Origin: Euglena gracilis
Lineage: Eukaryota
Reading direction: 5' to 3'
Assembly: GCA_039621445.1 (NCBI GenBank)
Contig: CP154954.1
Location: 26,300,954 to 26,364,953, forward strand
Length of the DNA: 64,000 nt
How positions within the stretch are numbered: position 1 is the stretch's first letter; the number at the start of each line of letters is the position of its first letter. Under the pieces are notes generated by a model, which saw only the letters and a program-made list of their open reading frames with translations, had not been told where the DNA came from and made no database searches. Made by a program: the position numbers and the translations under genes. Of this stretch, positions 42,601 through 57,100 are shown piece by piece.

Positions 42601-45600
42601 TAGAGGTGGGAGGGGAGGTTTGTAGGTCCCGGAATTGGTGAAAACCCGACCCCCAAAATGACCCTGAAACCCCCGAAATTGGCAATTTTGGCAAATTTGG
42701 TAAAAAAAATGACATTTTGATGATGGTCAGTTTTTGGGTGGTATGTGGCCGAAAAAAAATCGTCCCCGGCCGTTTTCATTTTTCTTCCCGGGGGGGGGGG
42801 GTGTGGGGTAGGGTTTACGGCAGGGTCCAAATAGTGCTGCACCTCCCGCCGCCAGAGGCAGCCGTCCAATAGTGCTGCAGTGCAATACTGTTTGGGGGGG
42901 GTTTACAGGCGTTGGCGGGCCGGGGCTCAGGTGGTGCTGAACATGGACTGTGCCAGCCTGCAGCTGACTGTGCAGCCCTCCGTGGCCATCCTCCGCTTCC
43001 GCATCGTTAAGCTGGCGTACAATACGTCTGACCACATCGAGGACTTGCTCAACGACGTGTGGCACCGCTGCCCCCGTCCAATTGTTTTTTTGCCCTCGAC
43101 GTTTCTGCAACTGCTTTGTTTTGCTGACCTTTATTTCCTTTCAGTGTGCAGAAACAACCAATTCATTCAACTGGGTGAGTAAGAAGCTGAATTTTCACAC
43201 AAAAAGGCATTGAAAAGCATCTCCTTTCAATGCTTCCCCTTTGGAGTTGAATTCACCCGGTATGAATCAGGCATTTTTCTTGGGTGCACCATTTGGTTCA
43301 CTGCGCGGCAGGCGTACGCGAGCGGGCTCCTCAACCAGCTTCTGAGTGCCCAAAGCTTGGGAACCATCCTGCCCGGCTCCTGGGTCCAGCAAACCGCAAG
43401 CATCAAGAACATGCCCTATCTGGAGGTGTGTGTGAAGTGTGTAGTTGAATGGAGCTGCCTATTTTTGGCGAAAAAGCACGTGGGCGGGGTGAGACACCCA
43501 CAGGAATGTCAGATGCCTGCAAAAATGCACACTAAACTCAATGCACAAGCTGCCTCTCAACCGTCTGGATATGTCAAAGAAAAAATCATTTCTTCAAAAA
43601 TGAAAACCTGCAGCCTTCTTCTTGCCCCCCAGGGCCAAGGAGAAGTCTGAAATGGAAGGTGCCAGCCAAAACAAGACCCCCATGCCAAATTGTCCCCCGC
43701 CCCAGACTGCCATTTGGGTTCCAAAGCAGCCCTTTCGGGCCATTTGAGCCATTCAAGGCCTTCTGGGTGAGGGCAGTGACTGACCTGACTGACCTCTTTG
43801 TTTTGAAACACAACATGCAGGCAGCCGGCAAGGGGAGCAAAGTTAGGTTTGATGGGGCGTTCAAATGGGCTTAACTGCCAGTCTGCGGGCATTCTCTTTA
43901 TCTCGAGGATTCTGAATGAATGTAGTTGCCCACGAGGTATTTTTTTTTCTGGGACAAAACAAATTGATTTTCAGAAGCAATGAAAATTGAAAAGAAATTG
44001 CCGCGAAAGCGAACAAAGGTGAAAGCACTCCGGCCTAAAAAAAACAAATGGAACAAACCCAAGAAAGCTGTTAAAACTGGGCATGTCGCTGTGATCATCG
44101 ACATGGTCAAACTGGATGTTGACGACGACATTCATTCACAGGGAGTGCATCCCACGATCCCTCCACGACCCCCCATCCCTCCCAGGGTTGTATGGGAAGC
44201 TCCGCAGACATGAGGTAGGTGGTAGCCCCCCCCCTGTTTTGGAAGGGGGTCCCACCACCCCTCCTCCTCTGCGGCGGCAAAAAAAATCTTCCGGCGCTTC
44301 GCTTCGGGTGTGTATTTTAGGGCCCTCTTGAGACTCAATATGAAATTTCGCACTCAACGGCAAGAAGTTCCGGCTACCGAAAACTGGAGGTCGGAGGGGT
44401 CCTCCACCCCCCCCCCCTCCTCCGAGATTCCCATACAAGCCTGCCCCCCCCCGATCCACACATGATTTTCCTGGATCCCAGTAGGCACTAAAATGGCAGC
44501 TAATGAGGAAGTTGCCCCAAATTAGAAATCACAACACCGCTTGCCCATGAACCACAGCTTTCACGTCAGGAACTAAACCATAAGGTAATTTACTTCCACA
44601 GGCGGTCAAACAGTCCCCAAAGTTAATCTGTGCCCAGCTAGTGAGCCCGACCACCACAAGGGGTGACCACCTGTTGACACAACGCCTCATTTCAGCGCGA
44701 ACAACCGGAAAGTTTTTTTGCCTTTTTGGGTTTTAATTTTCTGCGAGTCGACAAACCAAATCGAAATCCATTGCGGACCGAGTTGTGCCAAATTTGCGCC
44801 GAGCCTTGGCTTTTTTTTGTCAAAAGGGTGGCCGAATGTCGTCGAAAATGGGGACCTCACTTCCCGCCTACGTTTTGAACCATTTTTGGTTCGCCCGATC
44901 CCAGCTCTAACCCTTAATTTTAGGCGGCATGCCAGGGTACTGCGGCCATCGGATTCTTTGGGTACTGACAGGGACAAAGGACCCAGGCATTTGGGGAGGA
45001 TACCGTGGTGTTGATTTGCACAATTGGAATTTTGCTTGAAAACGCTGTGCTTATTTTTCCTTGTTTTATTTTCTTCTGAATTTCTTAATTATGTTTGGAT
45101 CCACGGGGACAAATAAAAGAAGCGCCCGGCACCGCCTTTTTAAAGTATTTTTGGATTACAAGGACTGACCCAATCCTGTGGCAAAGTTATCGAAAATGGG
45201 GGGAGAACGAAAATGGGCGGAAATGGGCTTCTTACATATATTCCCAGGGAGCTTGGGGGGGGGGCAGGGTTTCCCCCAAAAATCGGGCCTCCCGGCGCTT
45301 CGCACCAGAACCCATACCCAAGTGTGGGACCCGGGGGGTTTTGCCACAGACATACCCCTCCCTTCCGCCTCCCCCCAGAGGGTCTTCCAGGTTAAAAAAA
45401 AATAAGAAGCCTGTCCGGAAAATGCAGCAAATTTGCGGATACCTCCGCCTCAGGGAGGGGGTGGCTTGGCGGGGAATCGACCCCTCCCTTCCCCCACCGC
45501 AGCATTTCGCAAAGAGAAAAGCCTTCGGCAGGCGCCGAAGGCACCGAAGGAAAATCTTGAACTAAAATGTGTTCAGAAAAACGGGAGGGCCTGGTGAGGG

Positions 45601-48600
45601 GGGTCAGCCCCATACCATTGCTTAACACCTGTCCCCCCCCAGGGGGGGTGACTGACTGGTTTTTTTCAGAGTGAGTGACTGGTTTTCTGGCCAAGAGCCC
45701 CCCCCCCCGGGGGCGGGGGCCGAAAATGAAAAAGTGGTTGGCCTGGCGCCAAAGGCACCGGAAATTTTTGGATTTTTTGGGGGAATTTTTTTGGCAATAT
45801 TGCCTTGCCAACATGAGCGCATTCAAGAGTGGCCGATCCCCCCCAAACTGGGGGGTAAAGTGACTGACTGGGTTTTTTGGGAAAAGTGACTGACTGGTTT
45901 TTTCCGAGTGGAAAGTGACCCCCCTCCCCCCCCCCCTGGGTCGCCAAGCAATGGTATGGTCCGCCCCGCCCACCCACCACCCATAAGGTTTCTGTAATTC
46001 CTGTACAGACCTGCCCAAGGTTGTGGTTTTCAGCAACCAACCCAGAAATTGGTCTCGATTTTTTAAGATGGGGTGTTGTGAGGCTTTTTTGGATGGGGGA
46101 AATGAGGGCGTCGAAGTTGCGTTTTTTTTAATGACTTTTTTGCTTTTTGATTGCGGTAATTTTTTGGTGAACACACCAGCTGAATGCCTGATGCCAGATT
46201 GGGGGTGGGGGGAGGGGGGAGGGTGGGGTCATATTTTCGGTCTGAATTTTACGCCTGGCCCTTGTTCCACTGTGTCTCGAAGGCATGTGAAAGAGTGTCT
46301 TTGCACCTCTGAAGCGCTCATTTTAATGTGTTCTGCGGACATTAATACCAATAACCCTTGCTTCCTTGGTTGCGTATCATGTGTTCATTAAGGAAAATTT
46401 GTGTTCAAGTGTGTTCAACAAAAAAAGTTGTGTTCTCCTGTGTTGCCAAAATTTTTTTTATGTTCACATGTGTTCACCAAAATTTTTGTTCGCAAAAAAA
46501 TACTAAACCCCTGACAACTGGGCACCGTTCAGAGGTACGGGGAAGTGAAATGGACCCAGTCCAGCGTCACCTTTTTCTGTATACAAGGTAATGTACTGGA
46601 CAGCATAACATTGTGGGATACAATTGATGTGATGACGCGCAAAGCGGAAAGCCGCTTCGTTTGACTTAATGTCCCTGTGTATACAGATGCACATCACGAC
46701 GTTTCAAACGTTCTAACGGATTGTATGACCACTAACCCTATTTACTTCGTCTTTGACCTTCTCTGAGAACGATTCGTCCCCAGACTGGCAGCGCAAGGCA
46801 GGGAGCCACTGGGCTGCCGAGTGCCTGCTTCCACTGCTTGCGGCCTCGGCAGCCCACAGTGACCACCGACACCGGCGGTGGCCAACGGCAGTGTCGGGTG
46901 AAGAGGACATGGATAAGTGGACTCTCCTCCTTTTTTTTTGTGTTCTATCTGTGTACGTGTCGTTCAAATCAAATGGTTTACAGTATTTGCATATGGGCAA
47001 CATATGAAAATATTTTGAGTTGGAGGCGGTTTTCCGCTTCATTCGTAATAAATATGTATTTGCATACGATTCTGGCATGCAGTTTTTTGAAAACAGTTGT
47101 CATCGGACAGTGGCGCAATAAACAGTAAGGAATTCAGATGCATTTAAGTTATCTGGTTTTGTGTCACTCCTACATTTTATTATTTTCCTGTTGGCTAGAA
47201 TTGAGCATCTGGGCTTTATGAAGCAGAAAGCTGCTTCGTCCGGTATTATACCTAAAAAGCTTGTATTTTTTGTAGATGATCAAGTTTCGAAATTTTGGGC
47301 TTTTTGTTTGCTTTATTGACCATTTTCGGACGCAGATTAAATTTCCATTGGCAATTTACGCCGCCTAAGAAAAAGGTTTTGACACTCGTGAAATATTTGC
47401 TTATGTGAGCGTTGAGAATAGGTCTCACCTTTTCGATGCATCTTGGTCTTTTGGAATTTGCTGAAAAGTTGCCATCAAACCAAATTTGAGTTTGCTTTTT
47501 TTCCCGCTAACCTGCACTGATTCTTCTCACCAATGACCTTTTCACCCCTAACTTTAACTTTTTACTTTGGAGCATGGGCCAAAGCGCCAATTTTCAGCCT
47601 GCAGCTGTTTCCGGCCTCGGACCCCCCCTCCCCCCCATCCCATCGACGAGTTTTATTAATCATTTTGCAGTTGCCTGAAGGGCGGCTGGGAGGTGATGCA
47701 TTTTTGGCTTTCAGGGGTTCAAAAATGGGCCAAAATGGGTTGGAAAAGGGCCAAACTGCTCAAAACTGGGGTCAAAGGTTCAATTTTTTTTTGTTCTTTT
47801 TTGTGTTCACCTTCTTTGTGAACACACTAAGGGCTGGCATCCTCCAACGCGATGCTGCCACGCAGGTCGCCCTCAACCCCAAGACGGCGGGGCTCATGAC
47901 GGTGGCCACGCTGAACATCACGCTGAGCTCCCCGCTGGTGAGCGGCGAGCTGCTGGAGGTGACGTTCCCACCGTCGATGACGCTGTTGGGCCCCCCCGAC
48001 CTGTCAGTCGCCCTCGGCAACGTCACGAACTACAGCAGCCGTATGCTTCTCCCCCAACCCTCCCGCCTCATAGGGGGTCTCCCCCCACTCGGGTTGGCCA
48101 CTTTGGGGGGGGGGGGGGTGAAGGTGTATCCCTTATGGTGACGAAGAAAAATGGGATATGATATGATATGATATGATATGATATGATATGGTATGATATG
48201 ATATGATATGATATGATATGACATGATATGATATGATATGATATGGAATGATATGATGAGGATAACATGGGACATGAAATATAGAAAAAGAAGCACAAAA
48301 AATTCAACTTGGAGATTCCCCTGAAAAAAGGTCAATTTTTGGGGGGACTTTGAATTAGTAGCGTCCGCCGCAGGTGTCCCTGTGTGATGTCATGGCCTGA
48401 GCACGACTGGGCCTTCATTTCGCTCTTGAGAAATGTCCATTGTGGAAATTATCGCCGCCCGTTGAAAATCCATTGTTTTTTTAAAAAAAAATTCACTTTA
48501 TCTTAATTTATATTGTCGCATCCCATATTTCTTTAGGGTTAGGGAATGTATTTTGTATTGTATTTGGACTCAAAATGTTTCTGAAAAGAAGTTCGAGATG

Positions 48601-51600
48601 TTTGGGGAGCTCAGGCAAATTCTTTTCCAGCCTAGTAATTTGCCTCTCGGGGTAGGTTCCGAAGGTGTCCAACCCACTTGAACCGACCAACAAAAGTCAA
48701 AAGGCAGCTCCCAACTATTGCCCCCCCCCCAGGGGGCATATAGTTGGGAGGGGGGGGTCAAAAAATTTTTTGCGTTATTGATGGAATAGGGTTTGGGTTA
48801 CGACTTAGGGTTAGGGTTAGGCCGAACTTATAGACGGCTGTTAGGTGTACAAGTTAGGCCTGAAGTAAGGCCGAATTCGTAACCCTAACCCTGCTCCATC
48901 ATCAACGCAAAAAAAATTTAACCCCCCCCTCCCAACTATTTTGCCGCCCCCTAGGGGGGCATATAGTTGGGAGCCAGTCAAAAATGGGATTCTCAAAATG
49001 TGGTTAAAGTTGGTTTTCTGTCATTGAAAGCTGACCTCCAGGCTTTCCAACTTCTTTTATAATCATCAGCCACGTTTGTCGCAAGAATGGTTGATTGCAC
49101 TCATTTCCCTTGGGGAAAAAATGGGTTGGTTCCTGATATCAAATCTGTGGATGCATAAGGAGCAATGTCCATCAATGCACAAGTGACAATGCAACTGGTG
49201 ACAATGTCCGATCGCGCAAGACGGAAAGTTTGATTTTTTGGGGAAAAGCCGGCCCCAGTGTCCATCACCGTTACCGCCTCTCCACTCCACGGTCCACCAG
49301 GGCCCCCTTTTGCTTGTAAAGTGGGGGTCGTGGAGAATATGACACAGATGCCTGGGCTCACCATCATGGGAAGCTTGTCGGTATCGAGGTATTTGGTGGG
49401 GGGGAGCCGAGCACCCCCTCCCCCCCCCCTAGATGTTAAAGAAGGGTGTCTGGACCCCCACCCCTCCTCTTCGCAGCTGTGCACCGGAAAATAAGCAAAA
49501 ACAATTTTATACTCACTTTGAGCATTTTGCCCTTTTTTTTTGATGTTTTGGTGTTTTCCACAAAGAAGATCTTCAAAAATTTTCTATTTCATTAAGCTTT
49601 TTTTGGATTTGTTTTCAAAAGAAAAATCAGGAATTTCCCAAAACTTTGGGCCTGGTATCCCTCTTTGCCCATCCGCAAACCCGAAAGTTTCCGGGCTCAT
49701 GCCAGTTCCGAGGTTGGGGAGGGCAACCCCCCCCCTCCATGTCAGGAGGGGGGTCCCACCTTCCCCCCTCCCTCAAGGCTTTCATTCCTGACCATCCTTG
49801 TGGAAAAGCAGTGGATGGGAAAGGTTTGACGGCGTCCCAGAGCTGGAGCGGGGTGTCAGGAGCACCGCATGCCAGTGGTTGACGCTCATTTCATGGCTGG
49901 CAACGACCACAGCGGGGGCGGGGGGTGTGACAGTTGATCAAATGATCAAATGTTCTGTTCGCCTCGGGACGCTTGCCGGGGGCGAGGATGCCCCTCCAAA
50001 GCGTTGCATTCAGGCCATGTTTCGGCGGTGTTTCTGGTCGAGCCTTTGGGAAGCAGCTGACGTTGGTGTTCTTCATTGGTTGCAGCAGCGTTGGCGGTGG
50101 TTGTTGATTTAAGTTTGTTTCACTTTTCTTTTGTTTTGGGCCGTGCACGTTCCGCCCCCGTTATTTTTTTTGTGCCATCCCCCGCCCCCCTTCCCCCCCC
50201 CCCCCGCAGCCTGCGCCGCCCGCCTCGGCACGGCGGGCGTCAGCCTCGTCATCGAAACCGCCACCTGCGACTTCTTTTCCGTGTTCCCTGCGGCGCAGCG
50301 GCTGCGACCCGCTGTGTGGGTCCTGCAGGGGCTTGTCATGCCAGCCTGTATGCCTGGCCTGCTTGTCTCCCTCCCTCCGCCTGCCCCCCCCCCCCGCCCG
50401 CCCACCCCTCGCCGTTTGGGCTGAAGGGCCACCCTCAGCCTGCCATGGAGTGCGCTGCGAAAGGGTTGGGCCCAATCGTCCGTCGACGCGAGAGGTGCTG
50501 TTGGGTGACGAAGTGGAGGCACTCCAAGGGGTAACGCAGCACGCAGAGCGTGTCTTTTAGTTGGCACTTGGGAGTTGCCGGCCCTGCTGTTCTTGGGGTC
50601 TGCAATTGCGTTTTCAGTTCCACAAATGGGTTGGAGAGCCCATCCCAAGATCTCCATCAGATCATCCATCAGATACGCAGTTTCTTACGGATTCAAAAAG
50701 CCATTTCAATTTGTGTCATTTTTTTTTCACCGTCTTTTGTGCATCTTTGCGCGGGTTTTCTGATGCTCCCTGCGCAGTGATAAAACGAACGCTCCCCGCA
50801 CAGCAACAAAGTGTGGTGGAATTTCTCTGCGAATTACCCGGGGTGCCGTGGAAGCAGTGCCTGCTGGTACCTGGTTCATCTCTCCCTTATAAAAGTCCCA
50901 AGATAGGGTTTGTTGTGTTACCTCAAGCTGGAAAGAACCATCAAATTACTTTCCAGACCTCAGAGGAGGCGACATTTCTGTCCTCCGTGGTAGACACACC
51001 CCTTCGAAATGGGGGCAGGCACATTTTGGCCATTTCGTCCTTTTGGTCCAGAATAGGGCTGTTCAGGAAAGGGTGGTGGTGGGGGGAGGGGCGACCACCA
51101 GACCCTCCTACACTTCAGGGGCGACACTCCTTGGGTCAGAATTCGCCCATTCATCGGGATCGGGCAGGGCGTTGTGGGAAGGCCTGGTGGGGAGGGGGGC
51201 AGGCCTGCCCACCACCACAGCGCCATGCGAAGCAGAGCTGCCATAGCCATGGCATGGGGTATGAGACGTCGTTGACGAGGAGCGCTCTGGATGTAGTTTG
51301 GGGGTATTGGGGGGTGCAGCAGGTTCAGCGAATGAAGCCAAAATGTCCAGATGCATTTTACCCAGAACAGAGAATACACCCAGAACAGAGATTTTTTTCC
51401 AGCTCACCAGGGGGGGGGTCGGGCTGAGTGGGTACCCCCCGAGAGACGGGGGTTTCCTCTATTTTCAGCGCAAAGAGCCCCTTGAACTGGGTCCCCCCGA
51501 GCCCCCCTCTCGGGCCCCCCAAGGGTGTGCGTGGGTCGGTCCGGACCCCCTCCCCCTGGTCCTAATAAAACGTCTGGCCAAAAATGCCCCGTTTGCGTCG

Positions 51601-53967
51601 CGATTCCTTTAAGTGGGTGCCTCGATGGACAGCCAGGGAGGTCCATATGGACATCTTTTCTTTCAAAGCACCGCCCTTGGCCCTAAGGGCCGGCCTTCGC
51701 CTGGGCTGGGGCTCAAAGGGTGGGAGAATGTGAAGAAAAAAAAACACATTTTTTGACGGTTTGACGAAATGGCGATGGTCCCAGGTTGCCAGAAATATTT
51801 TTTCCAGGTGTCCACCTTTTTTGGCCAAAATATGGTGATATGGCGCTTTTTTTGACATTTCCTTTTCCGGATTTATGGTGTGGTGGTGTAGTGGTGGTGG
51901 GACGGGATTTTTTCCCGCTCAGGAGGACGGGATTTTTTTCCGCTCAGGAGGACGGGATTTTTTTCCGCTCAGGACCGCCACTGTCCAGACATTCCTGCAA
52001 CCGCACCGGGCGCATATGCACCGCTGCCCCCCCCCCTGCCCGCAGCGTGCAGCAACTTCGGTATCGGGTTCATAGCGCCGTACACGGTGAAGCGCTACCA
52101 GTCGGACAACACCACGTTGTTGGACTTCATTGTGGCGGACCCCCTCATGGATGGATGCCTCGCCCAGACGGTGCACCCCCCCCCAGAGTGCTGACCTGTC
52201 CAATGAGTGCCCTGGAAAGCGGCGGTCCCCACATCTCCGGAGGACCCCACAATTGAGGGGATGCGGAGTGCCCAGTCAATGACTGCAGCTCACACGCCAA
52301 TACCAAAAGAAAAATGCAGCAGCAGGTTGCCCATGGCTTCGTATCCCGTTGAAGCTGCAGTGTCAATGACGATGTCACCCTCAGGAAATTTCTTGATTTG
52401 GGAGGGGAGCTGAATTTGAGCTGAATTTGGTTGGGAAAGGACTTTCCAGGGCAACCTTCTACACCCGGGAACCTTTTCCAAGTATTGTCTGTTGATTAAA
52501 TTGAAATCTTTGGGAATCGATATGTCTGGATGATGTTTTCATCAGGAAATGAACGCAAATGTTGGGCATTTGGGGGCTGGCCTCTGGACACATACTCGTC
52601 AACCTGGTTTCATACATTTGTAATTGGCTGAAGGCACTCCAACCTGATTTCTGCCAAACAAAGAAAGCAATTGGGGAGGGCGAATGGGGGGGGGGGTCGG
52701 ACAGGGAGTCAACTGCATGAAGCCAAGACTGCAGGTCCAGCCTGGAGGAACATTTCTGGGGAGATAGGTATGAGCTTGGGCTGCCTGCTTGCTCCATTGC
52801 ATGCCGTTGTTCTTCACCAGTGGGTAATGACTAAACCCCTGAATGGGGAGGACATTTGGGGTTTACAAACACCCTCTCTTGGGGCAAGATTTCATATGTA
52901 TGCTGCAAAATACTGTTCATCAACCAGGCATACTTTTTAAGTCATTTTTGTAATTAAAAACTTCAAGGCATTTTAAGGTACCTTTTATGGTTTTTTAAGG
53001 CATTTTGAGGCATTTTTAAGGTGCTATTTCCCACAGTGTTCCCACAGTCCAGGCGTTGAACGAACTTCTTTTTGATTTTGCATGTGGTTAAAAAAGCCCA
53101 TTTTTTGAGTCTTGGTTGGATAGGCAATGTTACAGGGATGCCAAAATCATATTCTTCGTGGAGTTGGTTTATTTTTGCCGAGATGTGATTTGTTGTTGTT
53201 GTTTTTTTTGCTCGGTCGGAGAGAATTCTGCCAGTCCGAATTTTTATGGCATTTTAAAGCATTTGGCCACAAATTTTGAGGCGCATTTTTCAGGCACTTT
53301 AAGGTGTTCTGAGGCACCTTAAAACCAATGCCTGGCAGCGACGGTGACGGCCATGGCTGACCCCGTGACGGTGCGGGCCAGTGCGGTCATTCTCGGCCCC
53401 ACCACGCATGGCACCACTCGACCCTCCCCCCCCCCCCTGCCCCGCAGATCACGCCGGTCACGCTGCCGCCGGAGCTGCAGGGCGGGTCGTGGTTCTCCTT
53501 CACGCCGGCCACCGGCATCGCCTCCGCCGACCTCACGCTGCTGTTCTCCGGCTTCTTGTTCAGTGCCATCAGCCAGACTGCCGGAGGTGTCCTCTGGTGG
53601 CAAACCCCCCAATTTGTTGCGACAAAGCAGAGCGGCACGGGAAACCATGGTCTAAAAATGTGCGGCATATAGCGCACCGATGAGGACAGACCTGAAATGC
53701 AGTCATGCACCTGGTGAGCCATCTTGTATCGCATGCCTTGTGGTCAGTATGTGTCATATACCTTGTGGTCGGTCATCCGTGGGCCTCGTTGTGTAAAATG
53801 TCTGCCATCTGTGGCTTCCAATAAAGGAGGCATGCTTTGAGTTGTCACGAGCTTGATTGACTGCCAATTGGATCGTATCATGCTTCCCACACCATCCAGC
53901 CCCTTCTATTAGAGGACATATGCAAGCATGCTCGCGCACTCGCACGCGTGCGCACGCACGCGCGCGC

Positions 53968-54001
<34 letters not shown>

Positions 54002-54096
54002 GCACGCACGCACACGCACGCACGCACGCACGCTTGCACGCACACACACACACACACACACACACGCACGCACGCACGCACGCACACACGCACACA

Positions 54097-54152
<56 letters not shown>

Positions 54153-57100
54153 GGGGGAGGCTTGCCATAATTGGGTGTTGGTCATTGGAGGACACCAAAT
54201 TTTTTCTGGGTTATCCCTCCAGCTTTCTGCTGTCAGATGCCAACGTTGTCCTCCTGGAAGGATGCTAAGTAATGTCCCTCAGGAATATTATTCAGTTTGA
54301 TGGACTCCACCCGGGGTAGTGTTATTTTGGGGAAATGGGGGGGGGGGCACCTGGGGGGATGTTATTTGGAAAGGTATCATTTGGCGGTGCAACATTGCAA
54401 CATCCACACCACATGCATTCTGGCGCACACCGTACCTTCATATTGAGGAGAGTCATGGGAGGAGTGTGAAGGTCAACAACGAGATTTTTAGAGAACGAAG
54501 TCTGGACAGTGGTGGGCATGCCAAGGTCCCCTGTGTCAAATTCAACCTGATTTGGGCAGGAGTACCCACAAAGGGTTGGCGCACGTCCAATTTACAAACG
54601 CGAGTCTGTTGGTGTGAGACCCAGCTGTTTGCTTCATCCATGCCTGTCTTTAAACGTGGGTTGGTTGCAATGGGTATAAACGGTGTCTGGGTGTGCCAAG
54701 ATGGGTCGCTCCACAAAAACAAAAATAAGAAGAGCAAAGTCATAAGTCGTCCACTCTAGCGCACTCACCTTGTCCGGAACCACCCACATATGCATCACCA
54801 CAAAAACGTCCAGGGGGATGGCCCCACAGCGTCATCCACCTCACACAATGGCACTTGTGGAAGGCAGTGGAGCCCCGGGCCTCATCAGCCCCCCCCTTCC
54901 TGGGACTCTCAGGGGTCGTGTACGCCAAGGTGTCCGCCGTCCCGGACAACTCTTGCAACGGCTACGCCTACAGTCCCGCCCGGGACCTCATCGTCAGCCC
55001 CAGCACCAAGTGTGTGTGCGCCGGACCCTCGCGACACCCACCGCGCGCCCGACGACGGCGATGGCGACGGCCCATGGGGTTTTGTTGAGCCGGGGGGTCC
55101 AGCCTCCCAGCCAAGCCAGGTTGTCCCGCCAGCCAGCACCTTTTGTCCAGCCAGCAGTCGGAGATTTTTTTGAAGTTTCGTGACCGAGGGGAGGGAGGGA
55201 AGGGAGGGAGGGTGGGTCCCGGCCGAGCCCAACCCCCCAGGGGGGTGGGGGGGGGGGGTCGGGCGGAATGGGTTCCCCGCCAGAGGCGGGTTTTCTTCTA
55301 TTTTCGACGTGAAGCTTTGTATATTTTTTTGATCCCAAAATTGACCCCCTAAAAGTGTCCCGAGCCCCCCCCCCCGCGGCCCCCAGCCCAGGGGGTGGGT
55401 GGGTGGGTGCCCCGGGTTCTAAAAAAACCTCTTCCAGCAGGCCACAGCCAGTCAGCGCGGGGACCCACCCCCGAGGTCCTTAAGAAAACCCTGACGATGC
55501 CCCCTTCTTGTGGAACTCGGGGTCCGGGGGGATGGCATTGAATGAAGGGGCCCATGTTCCCAGGCAACTCAGTCCGGGCTGGTGAGGCGCATTGTTCCCG
55601 AATCCCTGCGGGCCCGGCTCTTCCCAGGAACTTGGAGCAAACCTTGTGCGACGAGTTGCCCCCCCCCCCCGCCCCGTTGCCGATGGGCGTGGTCGCTGCT
55701 CTGCCAGCTGCAGTGTGTGGGCCCCGCACTGCTGGAGCCGCCGATGCCCCCCCCCCTCGCAGGATGGTGACGGTGAATATTGCCCAGAGCGGGGAGTACA
55801 ACGTGTGCGTCAAGGTGCTCACCACCTGGCAGCTGGCGCCGATGAACCTGGTGGTGCAGCCCGCCCCCGGTGTGAGGGGCCTGTGACGCCCCCTGAGGAG
55901 GAGTGGGTTGGGGGGGGGGACGCACACTGCACAGCCGTGACGGCGATCAGACACCTCTCCCCTTCTCCTGAATCACATCAGGCTTTAAAGAAGAAAAAAA
56001 CCACGGAAGACCCAAGGGGGGGGGGTTCGGGACCGAGCCAATCCCCCCAGGGGGTCCCGTGGTGAGTTTTGGCGCCGAAATTTTTTGAAATATGCCTTCA
56101 GATGGCACGTGCAGGGTGGGGGCTAAACAGAAGCCTGCTCCGCATACTGGGGGGGGGGGGGGGGGGACTGGGGACTTGAACAAGACTTGTTGTGGGAAGA
56201 TTCTGGCAAAAATTTGCCCAGTATTTCCCCCCCTCTTTCAAGTTCTGTCCAGTATTTTTTCTGCCAATTTTTTAAAAATTCCGATTTCCTCTGGTGAATT
56301 TCTCAGTGGTTTGTGCCGATTGTTAAAATGTGTTTTTGTTTCATATCACCTCTCAGGAGGAGTGTGGATCATCCAAATGAAAGAAAGTTTTTTTTGCTTC
56401 ATCATTTTGGAAGTTGGAGTTCAGGATTTCACCAATTTTTGAATATTGGATCTGGTATTACCGGGATTTCGATGTGAATTCTGACTGAATTTCCCTGAAA
56501 AATGGGTTCACGGGATTTTCCATCTAGAATTTTTCCCAGCCGTTTTCAGCGGCCGTCCAGATTTTCTTCCTGGAACTTCAACGATTCGTCCAATAATTTT
56601 TCCTAGCATGATTTTCCCCATCAGCAATTGTTCCTGTTCAGACCCCCCCCCCCCCGCTTCACAAATGCATTCGCGCATGACGGCGCCCCCACCTCACCAG
56701 TGTTTTCCCGTCCAGATGTGGGCTCCATCGTGGGCGGCGGCAGCACCTCGGGTTCCCCATCCAGGGGCTCCGCTTCGGTGGCAATCCATACCACCCGGCC
56801 CCCCTTGTCCATCTATGTCGCGGGGGGGGGGGGGGCAGCTTCCCAAAGAAAATGAAAACAAGAAGGCGTTGGCGGGCTGGATTGGCAGCCACAGCACGCC
56901 CGCAGTGGGGGACACGCAAAACACAAACCCACAACCACAGCAAGCCAGATGGAGAGCCTTGTCCGCCCATTCGTGTTTCTTTCCTTCTGCGCGACCGGGC
57001 CGCAAACCTGCCAACCTTTCGAAGGCCTTCCGCCAATCCACTGATGGGCTCGCACGTCTGCCGACAGGACGTCTGGAAATGTCAGCTTCGGGCAAATGCC

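Noticed and set aside
46764-46862. Selenocysteine or alternative genetic code for the two TGA codons
   Set aside because: No other exon needs TGA readthrough, and better coding signal appears in the shifted frames, so indel error is more parsimonious.
48805-48892. True telomere or chromosome end
   Set aside because: Only 2-3 units are present, internal to a palindromic element within an intron.
50561-51427. 288-aa ORF as an independent gene
   Set aside because: It has no recognisable motifs or codon bias and overlaps tentative small exons that read in other frames.
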